The translations under genes and the position numbers were made by a program. Source: Octopus sinensis (taxonomy: Eukaryota). Taken from it: a stretch of 64,000 nt of DNA. This document shows, piece after piece, positions 25,936 through 39,943 of this stretch (position 1 is the first letter of the stretch; each line of letters begins with the position of its first letter). The notes under the pieces are model-generated. The model was not told where the DNA came from. It worked only from the letters and a program-made list of their open reading frames with translations, and made no database searches. Where the stretch lies: contig NC_043004.1 in the NCBI RefSeq assembly GCF_006345805.1, positions 92,194,001 to 92,258,000 on the forward strand. The letters run 5' to 3'.

Positions 25936-26983
25936 TTATTTACTTTTAATCTGCATGTTTGTTACAATCACTTGCCGAGACACACCCAGCGCCCTAAGGC
26001 GAGTGAAGGATAATACGTGTTACAGTACGACCGAAAGCTTTGGGAGGGGAAGTGGCAGGGGCTGTAGCGAAATATCTTCATTTAATACAACACAGACATT
26101 TAAATTGATAGGTGTTTTCTAAGGATGTGGGCAGTATTTTCCCCCACAATCTTTTGGATTTCTCTGAGACATGGTTCTCCTGGGATATCATCTAGATGTT
26201 TCTGACATCCATTTCTTATCATACCTTGGGCAACCTCAATAACAGGAGCAGTTATCGTTTTAAGGTGCCACATCTTTTGTATTTCAATTTCCAGGTCCTT
26301 ATATTTATTTAATTTGGCAAATTCCTTTACAGATATATTTTTTATCAGTGGGACAACTTACATCTGTTAGTCAACAAGTATCTTCTTCCTTGTCTTTAAT
26401 GACTATGTCTGGTCGATTAGCCTGGAACGTTTGTCGGTGTTGACTGGAAAATCCCAGAGGATAGTGACATTTTTACCTTCAACGACTGACGCAGTAGGCA
26501 GGATCACTGATTTTGTAGTGTTTGCATATTTTCCAATGTAAATACTGTCCTACCCTATCGTGGCAATTTTTGCTTCGTTTGGTGTCAGCACAGGACATCC
26601 CAAAACGAGGTAGCCTATTGTTTCATCAAACTTATTGCAGTATCTGAATTTAGGGTCAAGAACCGTTTTGAATAACGTTAGCCTGGTAGTTTTGTTGTGA
26701 GCAAGCTTTGATCTTGTGCCGCCAATATGAAACCTTCAGTCTTTGCTTTCAGCCTTGTGCTTCTCTGCTTTCAGCTTGTGATAGGCTTTTGCATGGTCTA
26801 CATCAGCATTTCGAGTTCGAAGTATATACTCTCCATGCAGAGACTTCTGAGTCCATCGTTCTTCAATTTGTTTCTGCTCGTTCTATTTTTGCAGTCTGTT
26901 TGATCGGTTTTGATTGTTTGGTGTCAGTGGTTTCAGCTTCTTCATTTAATTCAATTAATTTCAGGTTCTTCATCTAATTCAGG

Positions 26984-26985
<2 letters not shown>
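25936..26985 (-). mobile_element. 5'-truncated Dong/R4-clade RLE retrotransposon inserted in (TAA)n
   Basis: Minus frames: W.QKSLHGEY, TEGFILAAQDQ, RYCNKFDETIGYLVLGC, HDRVGQYLHWKIC, ANRPDIVIKDK, DVSCPTD, YKDLEIEIQKMW. (TTA)n flanks both sides (~25905 and 26990-27050). Confidence 0.88.
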
Positions 26986-27050
<65 letters not shown>

Positions 27051-28019
27051 GATAGAGGTTGCACAGTATACAATATCATGAGGTTATTGATTGAAGATGT
27101 TGTATCTACCGGGGGTTTGTACTGTTTGTCAATTCATAGCAACGACCTCAGACAGACAGAATTCTACGCAATATGCGTGCAGTTCTAACAAATGCCGACT
27201 TTTGCTATACATTTAGATTGTAGGGTATTTCTAAGATTTTCAGCTGCTGCTGTTGTTAGTGTTTTTGTTGTTTAGTCTCTGATGAGCCCTAATTAAGCAG
27301 CCCTGTAGTCTAAGGTTCTCTCTAGTTTCGACCATTAGCCTTTTCTTCAGAGACAGTATGTAGGACTACATTATCTAATATGTCCTTTTTAAAAGACTGT
27401 AATGTGCGAGTTGATGATTTGATTGTTATTTCTAGCAGCTTGAGGTAATGCATGGACGCTTCTTTGCTGAGTTGGCGTCTTGTTGTTAATCCATATGGTG
27501 CCTTTTAGTATGCAAGTCGATTATCCAGCCTACACCTCCACACTTGACATGCCTGCAATCCGCTCGTTATATCTCTTCAAGTATCAGCTATAAAACCTCT
27601 TTGAAAACAGATTTTCTCCTGCTAGAGGCTATTATGATCAGTACGGTATACCAACCTTATGTATTTACTCAATGTTTCTGCTGCTTGCAGTAACCAGCTA
27701 CTCCTCTTTCTCTCTCCGCGTTATCTTGAACAAACGGCCAACACATTACTCCGCGACATTGTATCATCAACAATACAGCTTCTCTGCCGCCTACATCAAT
27801 AAATCACACTTCTTTCTCTCTCAATTTTGCATTCGTTAACTTGAACGAAAGAAGGCACAGTACGCTCGTCAATTTTACCCTTTTTGTTCTTTCTTTCACA
27901 TTACACAAATAAACACATTTCTTTTGTTTGTCTATAGGAACTATTTTAGTCTAAAGGAAGACGTTACTCTCGCTAAACATTTATTTATTGCATGTTTCAA
28001 TCATTAGGTTGAGGATGTG

Positions 28020-28470
28020 CTGCAGCACCAACTTGAAGAATTTTAGTCGAACGAATCAACCCTAGGACTTGTATTTGTTAAGCCTGTGTTGTGTGGACGC
28101 CCCCAGACTATGAAGTAGGCTAGCCCAATACGTAGATATAGAGGGAGAAGCCTAGACGTCAGAGAAGAGCAGAGTAGCAGAGAACAGTAGGAGTTGAGTA
28201 GCGCCTGGTACTTATTCTATCGGTCTCTTTTGCCGCAAAAACACCAACTCTGGTTGCCAATCGGTGGTGGGGGACAAGCACATGTACACCCACCCACACA
28301 TACATACACACACACATATACACGGTGAGCTTTCAGTTTTCGTCGACCAATTCCACTCACACTCGGAGCGAGCTATTGTACAAAACACTTACCTAAGCTA
28401 CCACGCACTGGAACCGAACCCAAGATCATGTGATTTGGAAGCAAACTTACCACTCAGCAACGCTTGCGCC
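28020..28470 (-). mobile_element. SINE B interrupted by a ~115-bp insert (28088-28203)
   Basis: Host sequence aagcct|ggtacttattctatcgg is split by tgttgtgtggacg...gagtagcg. Confidence 0.75.
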
Positions 28471-30744
28471 TTATATATCCTATTTGTATCAAATAGCCAT
28501 TATGGTGTCACAAAATAGAGAGTAACTACTGAGGAATATTATTGGTACTGAGACAAGAAGAAAACTGATACGTGGCCACTTTAACTTCTACAAACTTATT
28601 TGACTGCTCTTTCCTGGGTGGGGATAAACAAACGCATTCATGTCCTCTCTATGATTTGAGAGACAAGATGCTGAGGCTGGTATTCATGTCAGCTTTTGTA
28701 ATATTTCTCTAATGAAACCCGAACAATAAAATAGTGCATTAAAAAAATCAAGGCTTAACAGACGAGCCAGGGCATGGTGCATGGCATTTATTAGAATTCA
28801 TGTGGCTTAGAACATCATTTTCAGGTCTTCCAAGAATGGAGGGAGGGAGAAAAGACGGGTTCTTTGTCAGAGTTTCCGATCATAGTGGAAAGAAGAGATG
28901 AAGTGATATTCAGACTCGGATACAGAAACTCAAGGAGTTCAGCCGGTAGTGTTAAACAGAGCCAAGAATTTAAGTCTAACGTCCAAGAACAAATGCAGTC
29001 AACCTGACTGGATTCCAGAGTTATCGGTTTCTCAATCTCATTCCCTCGTTGTAGCCAAGCGAACCTCTTAACCGTATGGTAATGCCTTGTGGTTTACGCT
29101 AGTATAACGGATGATGATGATGATGATGATAATGACCATAAAGAGGAGGAGGATAATGATGATGGTGCTGTGGTGATGGCAGTGTTGATAATGATCGTGA
29201 TAATGAGGAGGGGGACATTGTTATTTAATATACGCTAAGTATCATAATTAATAAAAAATAACAAGAAAAATTTGGATGTGGAACAAAAAACCGTACATGA
29301 ATAGTATTTAGCAAAACCAAAGATAATTGTAATGATTTCTTGCATAACCACAATATTATTATTATTATCATTATTATTATTATTATTATTATTTGGAATC
29401 CTGCCAAATCTTCTGGGAAGTTCACATATATATTCTATTTGATAGAGTAGTAGCTTGATTTTCACCAGTAGTCTATTATTGCAATGTTCTTCAATCAACA
29501 CTTTGTTTTCCGTTTTTTCTTTGATATCATTCAGGATATTCATTGGCTTTTCATTTCGATTCTAAAATCTCTTGCTATCGACGCGATAGTAGGGCTCCAT
29601 TTAATGTCTCTTGCTTGTCTTTTGTCTGAGCTCGTACTTATTCCTATGTCAGTTTACGATGGTTTGCTGTCCATTGCTTCTTCGTGGTTGCAATAAAAAA
29701 GAGTAGGAGCACATGCGAAGGAGGTAGGCCTCCAGGTACTTGCTTCAAGCACTGAGGTCGATGCAAAGTTTCAGGCTTTCCTCGGAACTGCAACCTGTGA
29801 TATCTTGAAAATAGCAGTTCTTCCAGGCTGCTATTGCTTTTTGCTGTTCCAGCTTCTCCGGGCAGAAATCGACCAATATGCCGTTTAAATACTTCTTCAC
29901 ATACGTTATCTTGCACCATACTACCCCCACAATAAGTTACAGTTTCCAAAAGCTCTGAAGTCTTTGGAGGTCATCAGAACCTGCATCTTTATGCAGACCT
30001 TATTTGAACACATATTGTTTCGTGACATCTCCGTGCTCACACCTGGCTTTACTTTGCTACAAATGTAAGAACTTGACCACGAGAGTGAACATCATTGCTA
30101 ATCTCTCTGATCATGACCCTAGTATTCCGAATCCCCTTAAATCCTGCACATAGCCCTTCAATCTGCACTTTATCATTTCCTTCCCTTTCAGTCAGTTCTT
30201 TCAAATAGTTCCTCAATCATTCGCTGATTAACTACAAATTTTCTGAAGTTCAAGGAAGGAAAGGACTCCTCTTCAAATGACTTCATGGCCTTCTGCTTAA
30301 ATACCTTTTGAAAACTTATCTGGACTGTACTGTCCCGAACAGTTTACCACTCTCCTTCATTCTGTATCACCACCCTATCGCCAGAAAACGATTGGATGGT
30401 AAATGTGATTGTGGTAAAGGAGTTCTGAAGACCAGGCATACACTACTATATACCCTATCCTATTAATGAAGTACAGTATGTTGCAACATATCGTCTAGGG
30501 TCTTTCATTGCATACTCTCTCTGTCATTCGTAAAACAAAAGTATGAAATGTTTCTCTTTGTACGTTCTTTGATGAATTTCTCAAACAAGGAGCCACAGTA
30601 ATTTATGACATGACTGTCATGTCACACTTCTTATTCGTATTTTTGCTGAATTTTATACATATCTGAAATCAACCTTACGTTTTGTAATAACCATTTCTAT
30701 TAAAGAAATTTTCTGGTGGGAGGAGTATAGTCAAGTATATCAAT

Positions 30745-31040
30745 CCAAGTGTGTAATTGGTACTTGTTTCATCGACCCTCAAAAGGATGAAAGGCAAAGT
30801 CGACCTCGGCAGGATTCAAACTCAGAACGTAAAGATGGATGATAGTCGCTAATGATTTTATTCGGCGTACTAAAGATTCTACCAGCTCGCCGCCTTTCCT
30901 TGCGCTTTGTAATAAACCTTCCTACTATTTCAGGCACAGGACCTGAAATTTTGGAAGGGGCAAAGTCGATTACATCAGTACTCAACTTGTACTTATCATA
31001 TCGACATCGAAAGGATGAAAGGCAAAGCCTACCTCGGCGG
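30745..31040 (-). mobile_element. Two tandem SINE A copies
   Basis: aaaggatgaaaggcaaagtcgacctcggc occurs twice. Confidence 0.85.
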
Positions 31041-32601
31041 AATGCGCCTTGTAATAATAGCAAAGGCAACATCTTTAGTATATTTTATGAAAATGTAGAA
31101 GTCTGTTATTCTTTATACCACTTTTTTTTGTGTCACGTTTTCAGGTGTCAAATTGTTGCTGTCTGAGTTTCTAAATGTAGCAATTTGTTTCGTTAATATT
31201 TTTTTTTGCTTAATTTTGTTGCAATTTTATTCATTTTCTCTTTTATACATTCATTTCTGTGTATTTGAATTTTATTTTTTACTCTGGGGGCGTATCCAAT
31301 ATTAATTCTTTTCTTGTTATTACCTCTCACTAATTCTTCATTACGGGAATTCCTATTGAATAAAGTATGAAAACAAGAAAATTTTTCAGTAAAAAATAAA
31401 ATATCGCATAAAAGACAAGTTCTTTGTTTACTACAATAATTGGGAAAGACGACCACACTTTCTGAAAACTCCTTCTGAAAATTAATAAAAAAAAAAAAAA
31501 AGAAAAACGAGAAATAGTTCATCCACGTTATACTTGATAAAAATTCCATTTTCTCGGGGGAAGGGTCTGGAAACACGTCCATTCATTCCAAAACAACGAT
31601 AATAATAATGACAGTCAATAACAACAAAAACAACAACAACAACTGCGGCAGCAGCAATAATAATAACAACAACAACAACAATAAAAACAACAACAACAAT
31701 GATAATAATAATAATAATAATGTAGATATAGATATAAAATATCCGCATTTATTTGGAAGAGATTATGTTTGGCATTTCATATACAAAAAAAAAATATATA
31801 AAAATGAAAGAAAGAAAAGATGGGGAAAAAAATCAACTTTAGAAAACACTACTCCTTCAGCTTCCTTGCAATAGTGATGATGGTGAGTGTGTTTATGACG
31901 GTTACAGCTATTAGCCTTGGTTAATATCAATAAATCGATTAGCGATGATGTATATGTACGGCTGTATGCGGATGTGTGTACATGCATAAGTCTATTTTTT
32001 CCTCCTGTAATGGTTACGAACCAAACTGAACGCAACCTGTATTCTGACATCTTTAATTGTGTTTGGGATAACAATATACGTATAGTAAATACGAGTACAT
32101 AAAGAGTGTTTGTGTGTTTATATGTGTGCTTGGGTGTTGGTATACAGAATGAGTGAGAGGGAAATTAATCTGCGTTACGCGAGTGCTGCTTTCCTTGGAA
32201 TCTGGTCGTAAAGAGGGATTCTGTATCGCAAAACGTATTTTTTAATAAAGTCTATGTAAACTGACTTCTACGTAACATGAAACAACCAACGGAAAACGTG
32301 TTTTGTGTCAAGCAATTCGACGTTAGCTGAAGATCTTCTGTACAATCAACATTACACACACGCTCAAATAGATATGTTTATGTGCGTCTGTGCATAAGGT
32401 TTTTCTTTGAAGAAAACAATAGTTGACGATGATAACACATTTATTTTATATATCTGAGCAGACGACTGTTCAAGTATTTGGCTGATATTCAAACTTAATT
32501 TGAAAAAACGCAAACTGAGAGAGAGAGAAAGAGAGAAAGAAAGAGAGAGAGACAGAGACAGACAGATAGACAAATAGACACTTTATATATATGTGTGTGT
32601 G

Positions 32602-32641
<40 letters not shown>

Positions 32642-32682
32642 CTTTATATATATAATTTTTATACACAACTTAATGTTTACGG

Positions 32683-32734
<52 letters not shown>

Positions 32735-33594
32735 CTTTACATGCATATATGCATTTTCTATTTTTGTACAACAGAGATTAAATCAGAAGGACTTGAATAA
32801 AATTAAATATTACAGAGCCTTACTGTGGTTAAAATAATAATGTAAACACAGACTGTTTCTATGCTACTGATGCGCGATAAAATATCGGTGGGTGTCTCTG
32901 ATGAGCCGTTTCACAGTTTGAGATGATTCCTTAACAAACTTGGCGTGCTTGCAGTATTTAACCTACATGGCTTCCTACTCGAATCGTTAACACAGAGAAA
33001 GAGCTATATAACGCAGTCATAAATTAGGCTCTGCACACGGTGCTAGTTTACTTTATGCCTGGTTTATATAGCACCTGATCTATACAATTGATTAGAAACC
33101 GGGTCTGTTTTCTCTCAGAAGTGGTCAACGAACCCTAATTGGTCTATCGGGAGACAACCTTGGTCTATTTCTGTACATCAATATCATATTTTAAAAAATG
33201 TAACTATGTTCCTATATTCTTATTTCACACAAAGTGAGGTTTTGTATATTTAGATATGTTTTGGAGATACCTACATATACATATACATACATACATATTG
33301 TTATATACACACACACGTTGTCATATTATATATATATATATATATATTTACAGTGCTATTCTTAGTGACGCTTCCCATAGATATTTGTCCCGTTATTGTA
33401 ATTCACAGGCTCAGTGTGACAGTGTATACCATAATGCTGAACTTTTTATTTTAGAGGTAGAGTCAACCTACCTAATTTTAATAATTATACTTGGTTTGTT
33501 TCTATAAATGAAGAGATATATGCGTGCAAGAACAGGCATAGACATACATTTACACATACACACATTTACACATCACAGACACACAACCAGACGC

Positions 33595-33999
33595 AGGAGT
33601 GGCTGTGTGGTAAGTAGCTTGCTAACCGACCACATGGTTCCGGGTTCAGTCCCCACTGCGTGGCACCTTGGGCAAGTGTCTTCTGCTATAGCCCTGGGCT
33701 GACCAATGCCTTGTGAGTGGATTTGGTAGACGGAAACTGAAAGAAGCCTGTCGTATATATGTGTATATATATATATATATAGTGTGTGTGTGTGTTTGTG
33801 TGTCTGTGTTTGTTCCCCTAGCATTGCTTGATAACCGATGCTGGTGTGTTTACGTCCCCGTCACTTAGCGGTTCAGCAAATGAGACCGATAGAATAAGTA
33901 CTGGGCTTACAAAGAATAAGTCCCGGGGTCGATTTGCTCGACTAAAGGCGGTACTCCAGCATGGCCGCAGTCAAATGACCGAAACAAGTAAAAGAGAGT
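33595..33999 (+). mobile_element. Full-length SINE family B (CORE-like, OR-type)
   Basis: tRNA-like head (tggctgtgtggtaag / ggttcagtccc), CORE-like ggcaccttgggcaagtgtctt, internal (TA)/(TG) tract, hairpin tail. Confidence 0.9.
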
Positions 34000-34549
34000 A
34001 ACCATAAGCTGTTATATAAGTATTTTTAGACTCGTTATGAAGATAATTATGGATTGTATTTTCGGCTATTCTAGTTCATGTCTTTTAGTTTTCTCTGATG
34101 AATTACACAGCCAAAGGACACAGGATTGCTGAACACCTTGGATATATCAAATTATATAAAACATAGACAGCATGGCACCATCCCAAATTGAATCTAATAT
34201 AAGCAATATGACTGGCATAATGTTTTGCCTGATTAGTCGAAAAGCGCTTGAAATCAAATTAGGCTTTTATCAATAAAACGATATTTAAATGTAAATCAGA
34301 TACAGCATACTCGCGTAATCTGTAAATATGAACACACGAATGTACAAACACGCACACACACAAACACAAACACATACACACACACACACACACAGAGAAA
34401 TACACACGCGCGCACATCCACACACATGTACGCGCATGCACTCAGACAGACAAATATTCAGTCACAACATATATAAAAGTATATACTCCTTAACACAGTG
34501 TATATTTTTATGTATGGGTCTACTTTGTGTGAGTGTGTGTGTATGTCTT

Positions 34550-34582
<33 letters not shown>

Positions 34583-34889
34583 TACACAGGAACAGAAAGC
34601 ACGCAGTACTGAAAAGAAGATGATAAAATTTGTTGAGAGAAGGAACTTCAATATTCCAAGGTTTAATTACCGACCGACCTTCTGGTAATAATTAAAAAAG
34701 TGACAAAGGTGTTTGGTATACAAGGATCGTATGATGAAAATACGTTTGAATGTTGTGAAGAACGCTGGTTTTCTCACATGAGATAGCATCTAAATTTTGT
34801 TCGTATATCAAGGGACATTGAAAACTTCACAAAGTAAAAACAACGTAAAACAGGAATGATTGATACCAAAGAATATAAAAATGGAATGA

Positions 34890-34943
<54 letters not shown>

Positions 34944-35448
34944 CATATATATGCATGTATGTCATTATTCAGCTTTATTTCAAGATTTTTTCCCAATAGA
35001 GAAAGAGTCGGTTATTAACCTAAGTCCAAGGCTCCTCTATGGGAATATCAATGTATGTATGTATGCATGTATGTATGCATGTATGTATGTATGTATGTAT
35101 GTATGTATGTATGCATATATGTATGTATGTGTGTATGTATGTATGTGTTTATGTATGTATGTGTACATATGTATGTATGTATGCTTGTGTGTGTGTATGT
35201 GTGTGTTGCGTGCGTGCGCGTGTGTTTGTCTCCCACTCTGGTTCACGTACCGGCTCGGCAAAAGAGTTCACAGATATATATATATGTATATGTATGTATA
35301 TGTATATGTATATATATATATATGTATATGTATATGTATATGTGTGTGTGTGTAGGAGTGTTATGCATCTATATATGCATGTTGACAGTGGCGTTAAAAG
35401 TAATGATAATACAAGATAAATAATTCGTTCTATTTAAGTGTCTCTAAT

Positions 35449-35740
35449 CACCTTGACCGACCAGTCCGCCAGGCGTCCATTTGACACCGCTGGTCACAGC
35501 ACGCTGTCCACTCCTCTCTGGATCGCGCGTTTCTCATCCACGTGATCCCAATCGTCCTCCTGAAATCGTAACTCCACCGTCGTGGAGGTCTTCCGGGTGG
35601 TCTTTTCCGCTCCCGCGGGTACCACACGACAACTGCGTGCGTCCACCGATTATCGGTGAGCCGGGCGACGTGTCCAGCCCATCTATACTTGCTGCGTGCA
35701 TACTCTGCGATGACATCTCTCACGCCGGACTTCTTTCTGA
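35449..35740 (-). mobile_element. 5'-truncated RTE-clade LINE with 10-bp TSD
   Basis: ORF KYRWAGHVARLTDNRWTHAVVVWYPRERKRPPGRPPRRW; TSD TGTCTCTAAT at 35439-35448 and 35741-35750. Confidence 0.93.
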
Positions 35741-36227
35741 TGTCTCTAATAGCCGAGAAAAAATATTAAAATCATTAAATCTTTCTTGAGAAACATAATT
35801 TCGAAGTAAAACATTCGAAGAGTATATGCAGTAATCTAAAATTACTGAACATTCATCTAAACTACTGTTCATTTGATATCAATATTTTTATCGTTGAATC
35901 CTGGAATACAATTTGAACGCAAAGTACAATATACATAATACATAATCAGCAGTAGAGTTGTGGGTGAATTCATTGACTTTTGTAATAACCTCCAGTCAAC
36001 TGTTGGTTGAAAAGATCTGTAATAATCACCTATATGAAATTCCTAGCTGAATTCCTTTAATCCTCTCTTATAGTAATCTCTTGTAATAAACTTCTCCAAC
36101 AAAATCATATAATATACTACGGCAACTGATGCTTGAGTCAATGAAAGGAGGAAGAATGAGGGAACTTCTATGAGAAAATATCAGCTTAATACAACATACA
36201 ACACCGTACTATGTAAAATACAATAGT

Positions 36228-36433
36228 GTAGGCGGGGCTGCTGAAAAGTTCCGGGCTTCAAGGGTGTCGTGAAAAGCCTGGCTAACGATCCAACCTTGTG
36301 AGTTCTTTTACGGGGCTCAGAAAAAACTGAAGGACCGCTGCGAGTGAATCTGAGAGAGGAATATGTTGAATACAATCAAAATTAAAATTCGCTTGAACTT
36401 TCTTTTACCAGGAACTTTTCAGCACCCCTCGTG
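36228..36433. mobile_element. Mariner-derived MITE
   Basis: TIRs ggggctgctgaaaagttcc / ggaacttttcagcacccc, with a residual transposase C-terminus inside. Confidence 0.8.
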
Positions 36434-36524
36434 ATCCAAGAAATACACTATTACTGAGAAAATTATTTTATTTAGTCAACTGATCATATCTAAATATGTT
36501 TCTAAATAGTTTCGTATAAATATC

Positions 36525-37005
36525 TGTTTCTTTATTACCCACAAGGGGCTAAACATAGAAGGGACCAACAAGGACAGACAAACGGGTTAAGTCGATTACA
36601 TCAACCCCAGTGCGTAACTGGTATTTAATTTATCAAGGCGGTGAGCTGGCAGAAACGTTAGCACGCCGGGCAAAATGCTTAGCGGTATTTCGCCTGCCGT
36701 TACGTTCTGAGCTCAAATTCCGCCGAGGTCGACTTTGCCTTTCATCCTTTCGGGGTCGATAAATTAAGTACCAGTTACGCACTGGGGTCGATGTAATCGA
36801 CTTAATACCTATGTCTGTCCTTGTTTGTCCCCTCTATGTTTAGCCCCTTGTGGGTAATAAAGAAATAGGCATTTAATTTATCAACCCCGAAAGGATGAAA
36901 GGCAAAGTCAACCTCGGCAGAATTTGAACTCAGAACGTAACGGCAGACGAAATACGGCGACGCATTTCGTCCGGCGTGCTAACGTTTCTTCCAGTCCGCC
37001 GCCTT
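36525..37005 (-). mobile_element. Long-tail SINE A' with an antisense SINE A' nested inside
   Basis: Outer TSD ATAGTTTCG(T/C)ATAAATATC at 36506-36524 and 37006-37024. Confidence 0.9.
36635..36867 (+). mobile_element. Full-length SINE A' nested in SINE A'
   Basis: TSD GG(T/C)ATTTAATTTATC at 36620-36634 and 36868-36882. Confidence 0.92.
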
Positions 37006-37728
37006 ATAGTTTCGCATAAATATCCTCACGCCGATACTCCAGCGCTTGAAACATCGGTAATGTGAAACTTGCATTTATGACACAAAAATATTTAGCTTTT
37101 CATATAAAATATACACATTCTACTTTATGTATGTCATACCATTTCCTTTTGTTGACAGAGATATTCCCCCAACACACACATACATTTATGTATGTATGTA
37201 TGTATATTGCACAAAACCATACCAACATACATACATACACACACACATACTCACACACGCATATGAATATATGACTGTAGTTGCTTGTAAAGACATGTAT
37301 ATGTGAATCTATGTATTTGTATACGTGCATGCAAGTATACGTTTGTTTTTCGCTTGCATGCTGTAACACAAGAGAGTATGTTGGTATCTTAAGTGGAAGA
37401 ATTGCAGGGAATTTATGCTGAACTGCGAACGCACATATTTATCGTTGATAAATACCAGCATAATACACACACATACACACTTACCCCTATGTTCTATCTC
37501 ACACATACACACATATACACACATATATATATATACAATGCTGGGATGTATATAAGATATGTGTATATGTATTTATGGTAAAAGTTCGGGAGAGAGGGAG
37601 GGAAAATAAGAATACATACAGAAACTGGTTTGCAACATAAAAGATAAAAAACAACAACACTTTAACATTCGGTCTTAAGACGTCGTTGTGTGGAAAGGTG
37701 TGGGAGAAAATCGAGAGAATAAGGATAT

Positions 37729-37778
<50 letters not shown>

Positions 37779-37956
37779 ATAAGCAGAAAAGGAGATATAG
37801 AGAGAGTTGGGGAAATGGGGTCAGGGGATAAAAAGAGATAAGGAAAAGAAGGAGGCAGGAGACGAAGTAAAAGCGAAAATTATAGTTTCAAAGCTAGAAC
37901 AAAAGAAAAGAAGAAAACTTATGTGTGTGAATGTGTGTGTGTGTGTATGTGTGTGT

Positions 37957-37988
<32 letters not shown>

Positions 37989-38139
37989 AATAATATTAAC
38001 TTCTATCGGAAGTCAAACTCAAAAGGGGATATATATATTGATAGAGCCATACAGTAAATATATTGATTGGTGTCTGGATTATATATATATATATACGTGT
38101 ATGTGTTTGAATATATATATGTGTATATATATATATATA

Positions 38140-38212
<73 letters not shown>

Positions 38213-38604
38213 ATATATGTATATATATATATATATGTATATATATAAGTACGTATGTATGTATGTATGTATGCATGTATGTATGTAAGGTGTGGTGGAG
38301 AAACATGAGACTGTATATCAGCAAATACATTGATGTATAACGAACCATCTATGGCGTAAGGAATATACAGATGTGTGTAATATCCACATAAAAGCAACAT
38401 AAACGACAGCAGCAGAAGCCAAAAACTTAGCGGATTTGCAAAATAAAGTGTTAGATAAAATGTGCGAGGTATTTAATCTAAAGTTCTGATTTCAAATCCC
38501 GCTGAGGTAAAAAAAAAAATGTCTGCTTTTTAATGTTCCTGTTGATAAAACATTGTAGCAGTCAAGAATTCTGGACTATTTAATATTCTAACGAAACGCC
38601 TCAT

Positions 38605-38915
38605 ATACAGTGTTGTGTCTGGGGAGAGTAGTCATTCTCTTTTAGTGCCTTATAATTTAACACACTCACTGATAAAATTTCCACTCTTATACTTATCTAC
38701 TTTTCTGAAATTTTCGTTGCGTCTTGATGAGTTAACAACTATTGAAAATTTTAGAAAAATAGGTAAGTATATGAGTGGAAATTTTACCGGTGAGTATGTT
38801 AAATTATAAGGCATTAAAAGAGAATGACTCTCCCCAGACACAAAAGAATATGCTTCAACACACGAATTCACATAAATAATCTTGCAAACCAAATCCCAAA
38901 ACGAAACTCTCATAT
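38605..38915. mobile_element. Penelope-like inverted-repeat remnant
   Basis: Arms tgtgtctggggagagtagtcattctcttttagtgccttataatttaac and its reverse complement; same family as 17999. Confidence 0.6.
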
Positions 38916-39911
38916 ATATATATATATATTATTGGAAACCTATATAAATTAGCTGAAGAGTACCTCAGCATCTTAAATCTGCTGTAATATTTACAGCTTT
39001 TAATAGAATGTTGTAGTATGAAACAATTGTACTAAATTACCGGAATCATTCTTGTTGCTTATTTTTGATTATAATCACCCCGCAAATTTTTATGGGTAAC
39101 ACCATACAAAATTCTGGTGCATCTAAATTAAGTACCATATTCATTTGAATCTAAATTGTTGCTGATCTTATATATATATATATGAGTCTGTGTGCGTGTG
39201 TACATCAGCGCTATCAGTAACGATTGTTGCAATAACAGTATCAAGAAGAAGGCAACATCAGTAACAGAATCAGTGTCATAAACAAATTGCCTCTGCAAGA
39301 TTCCTGGAAAACACTAGAAGTAACAACCATTTTACTCTTAAATAACCCCTCCTTTATCTAAAAGTAGAAGGTACATATACAATCGGGATAGTATATGCCA
39401 TGACCGAAATTAAAAGATGAGCAACTCAAAATTTTAACATCTTTTATTAGTGTTGATTTAAGGAAAAATAAAAACAATATCTTACCAACATTATCAACAA
39501 CACTAACTGAAACGTCATAAGCAACACTATCGTCAGAAATAGTATCAAACAAGAAACACAGCTACAACTTGGGAAGTCAGGCAATATTCCTTCTTCAATA
39601 TATTGCACGGAGTTATTAAACTCCCGCAGAAACACATTTAACACACATTGTTATTAATTACAACATTCGTCACAACCATCATGATAAACATTACTAGCAA
39701 CAACGATAAGTAACAAAAACAACGACAATAATACTATAATAATGTCTTAGTAATATTGTCTTGATATTGCGATACAGCGCACAGTAATACGAACTAGATG
39801 GATAAAGCATATTTTTATGTATTTATTTAGAAAAATCCAATGTCTATTGTACAGTTTCGCAGAAAGCTTTAAGTAATGGTTTCATAGATTCCACCTCAGT
39901 TGATTCATTAG

Positions 39912-39943
<32 letters not shown>

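Noticed and set aside
28827-29006. Open frame VFQEWREGEKTGSLSEFPIIVERR... after an AG
   Set aside because: No recognisable homology and no convincing donor
29644-29949. 101-aa ORF with faint resemblance to a DDE transposase C-terminus (LFS....RGKP)
   Set aside because: Too few matching residues and no catalytic motif; needs an HMM search
29935-29982. CTGATGA...GAAACTGTA on the minus strand
   Set aside because: Extra bases before stem II, no stem I, helix III not palindromic
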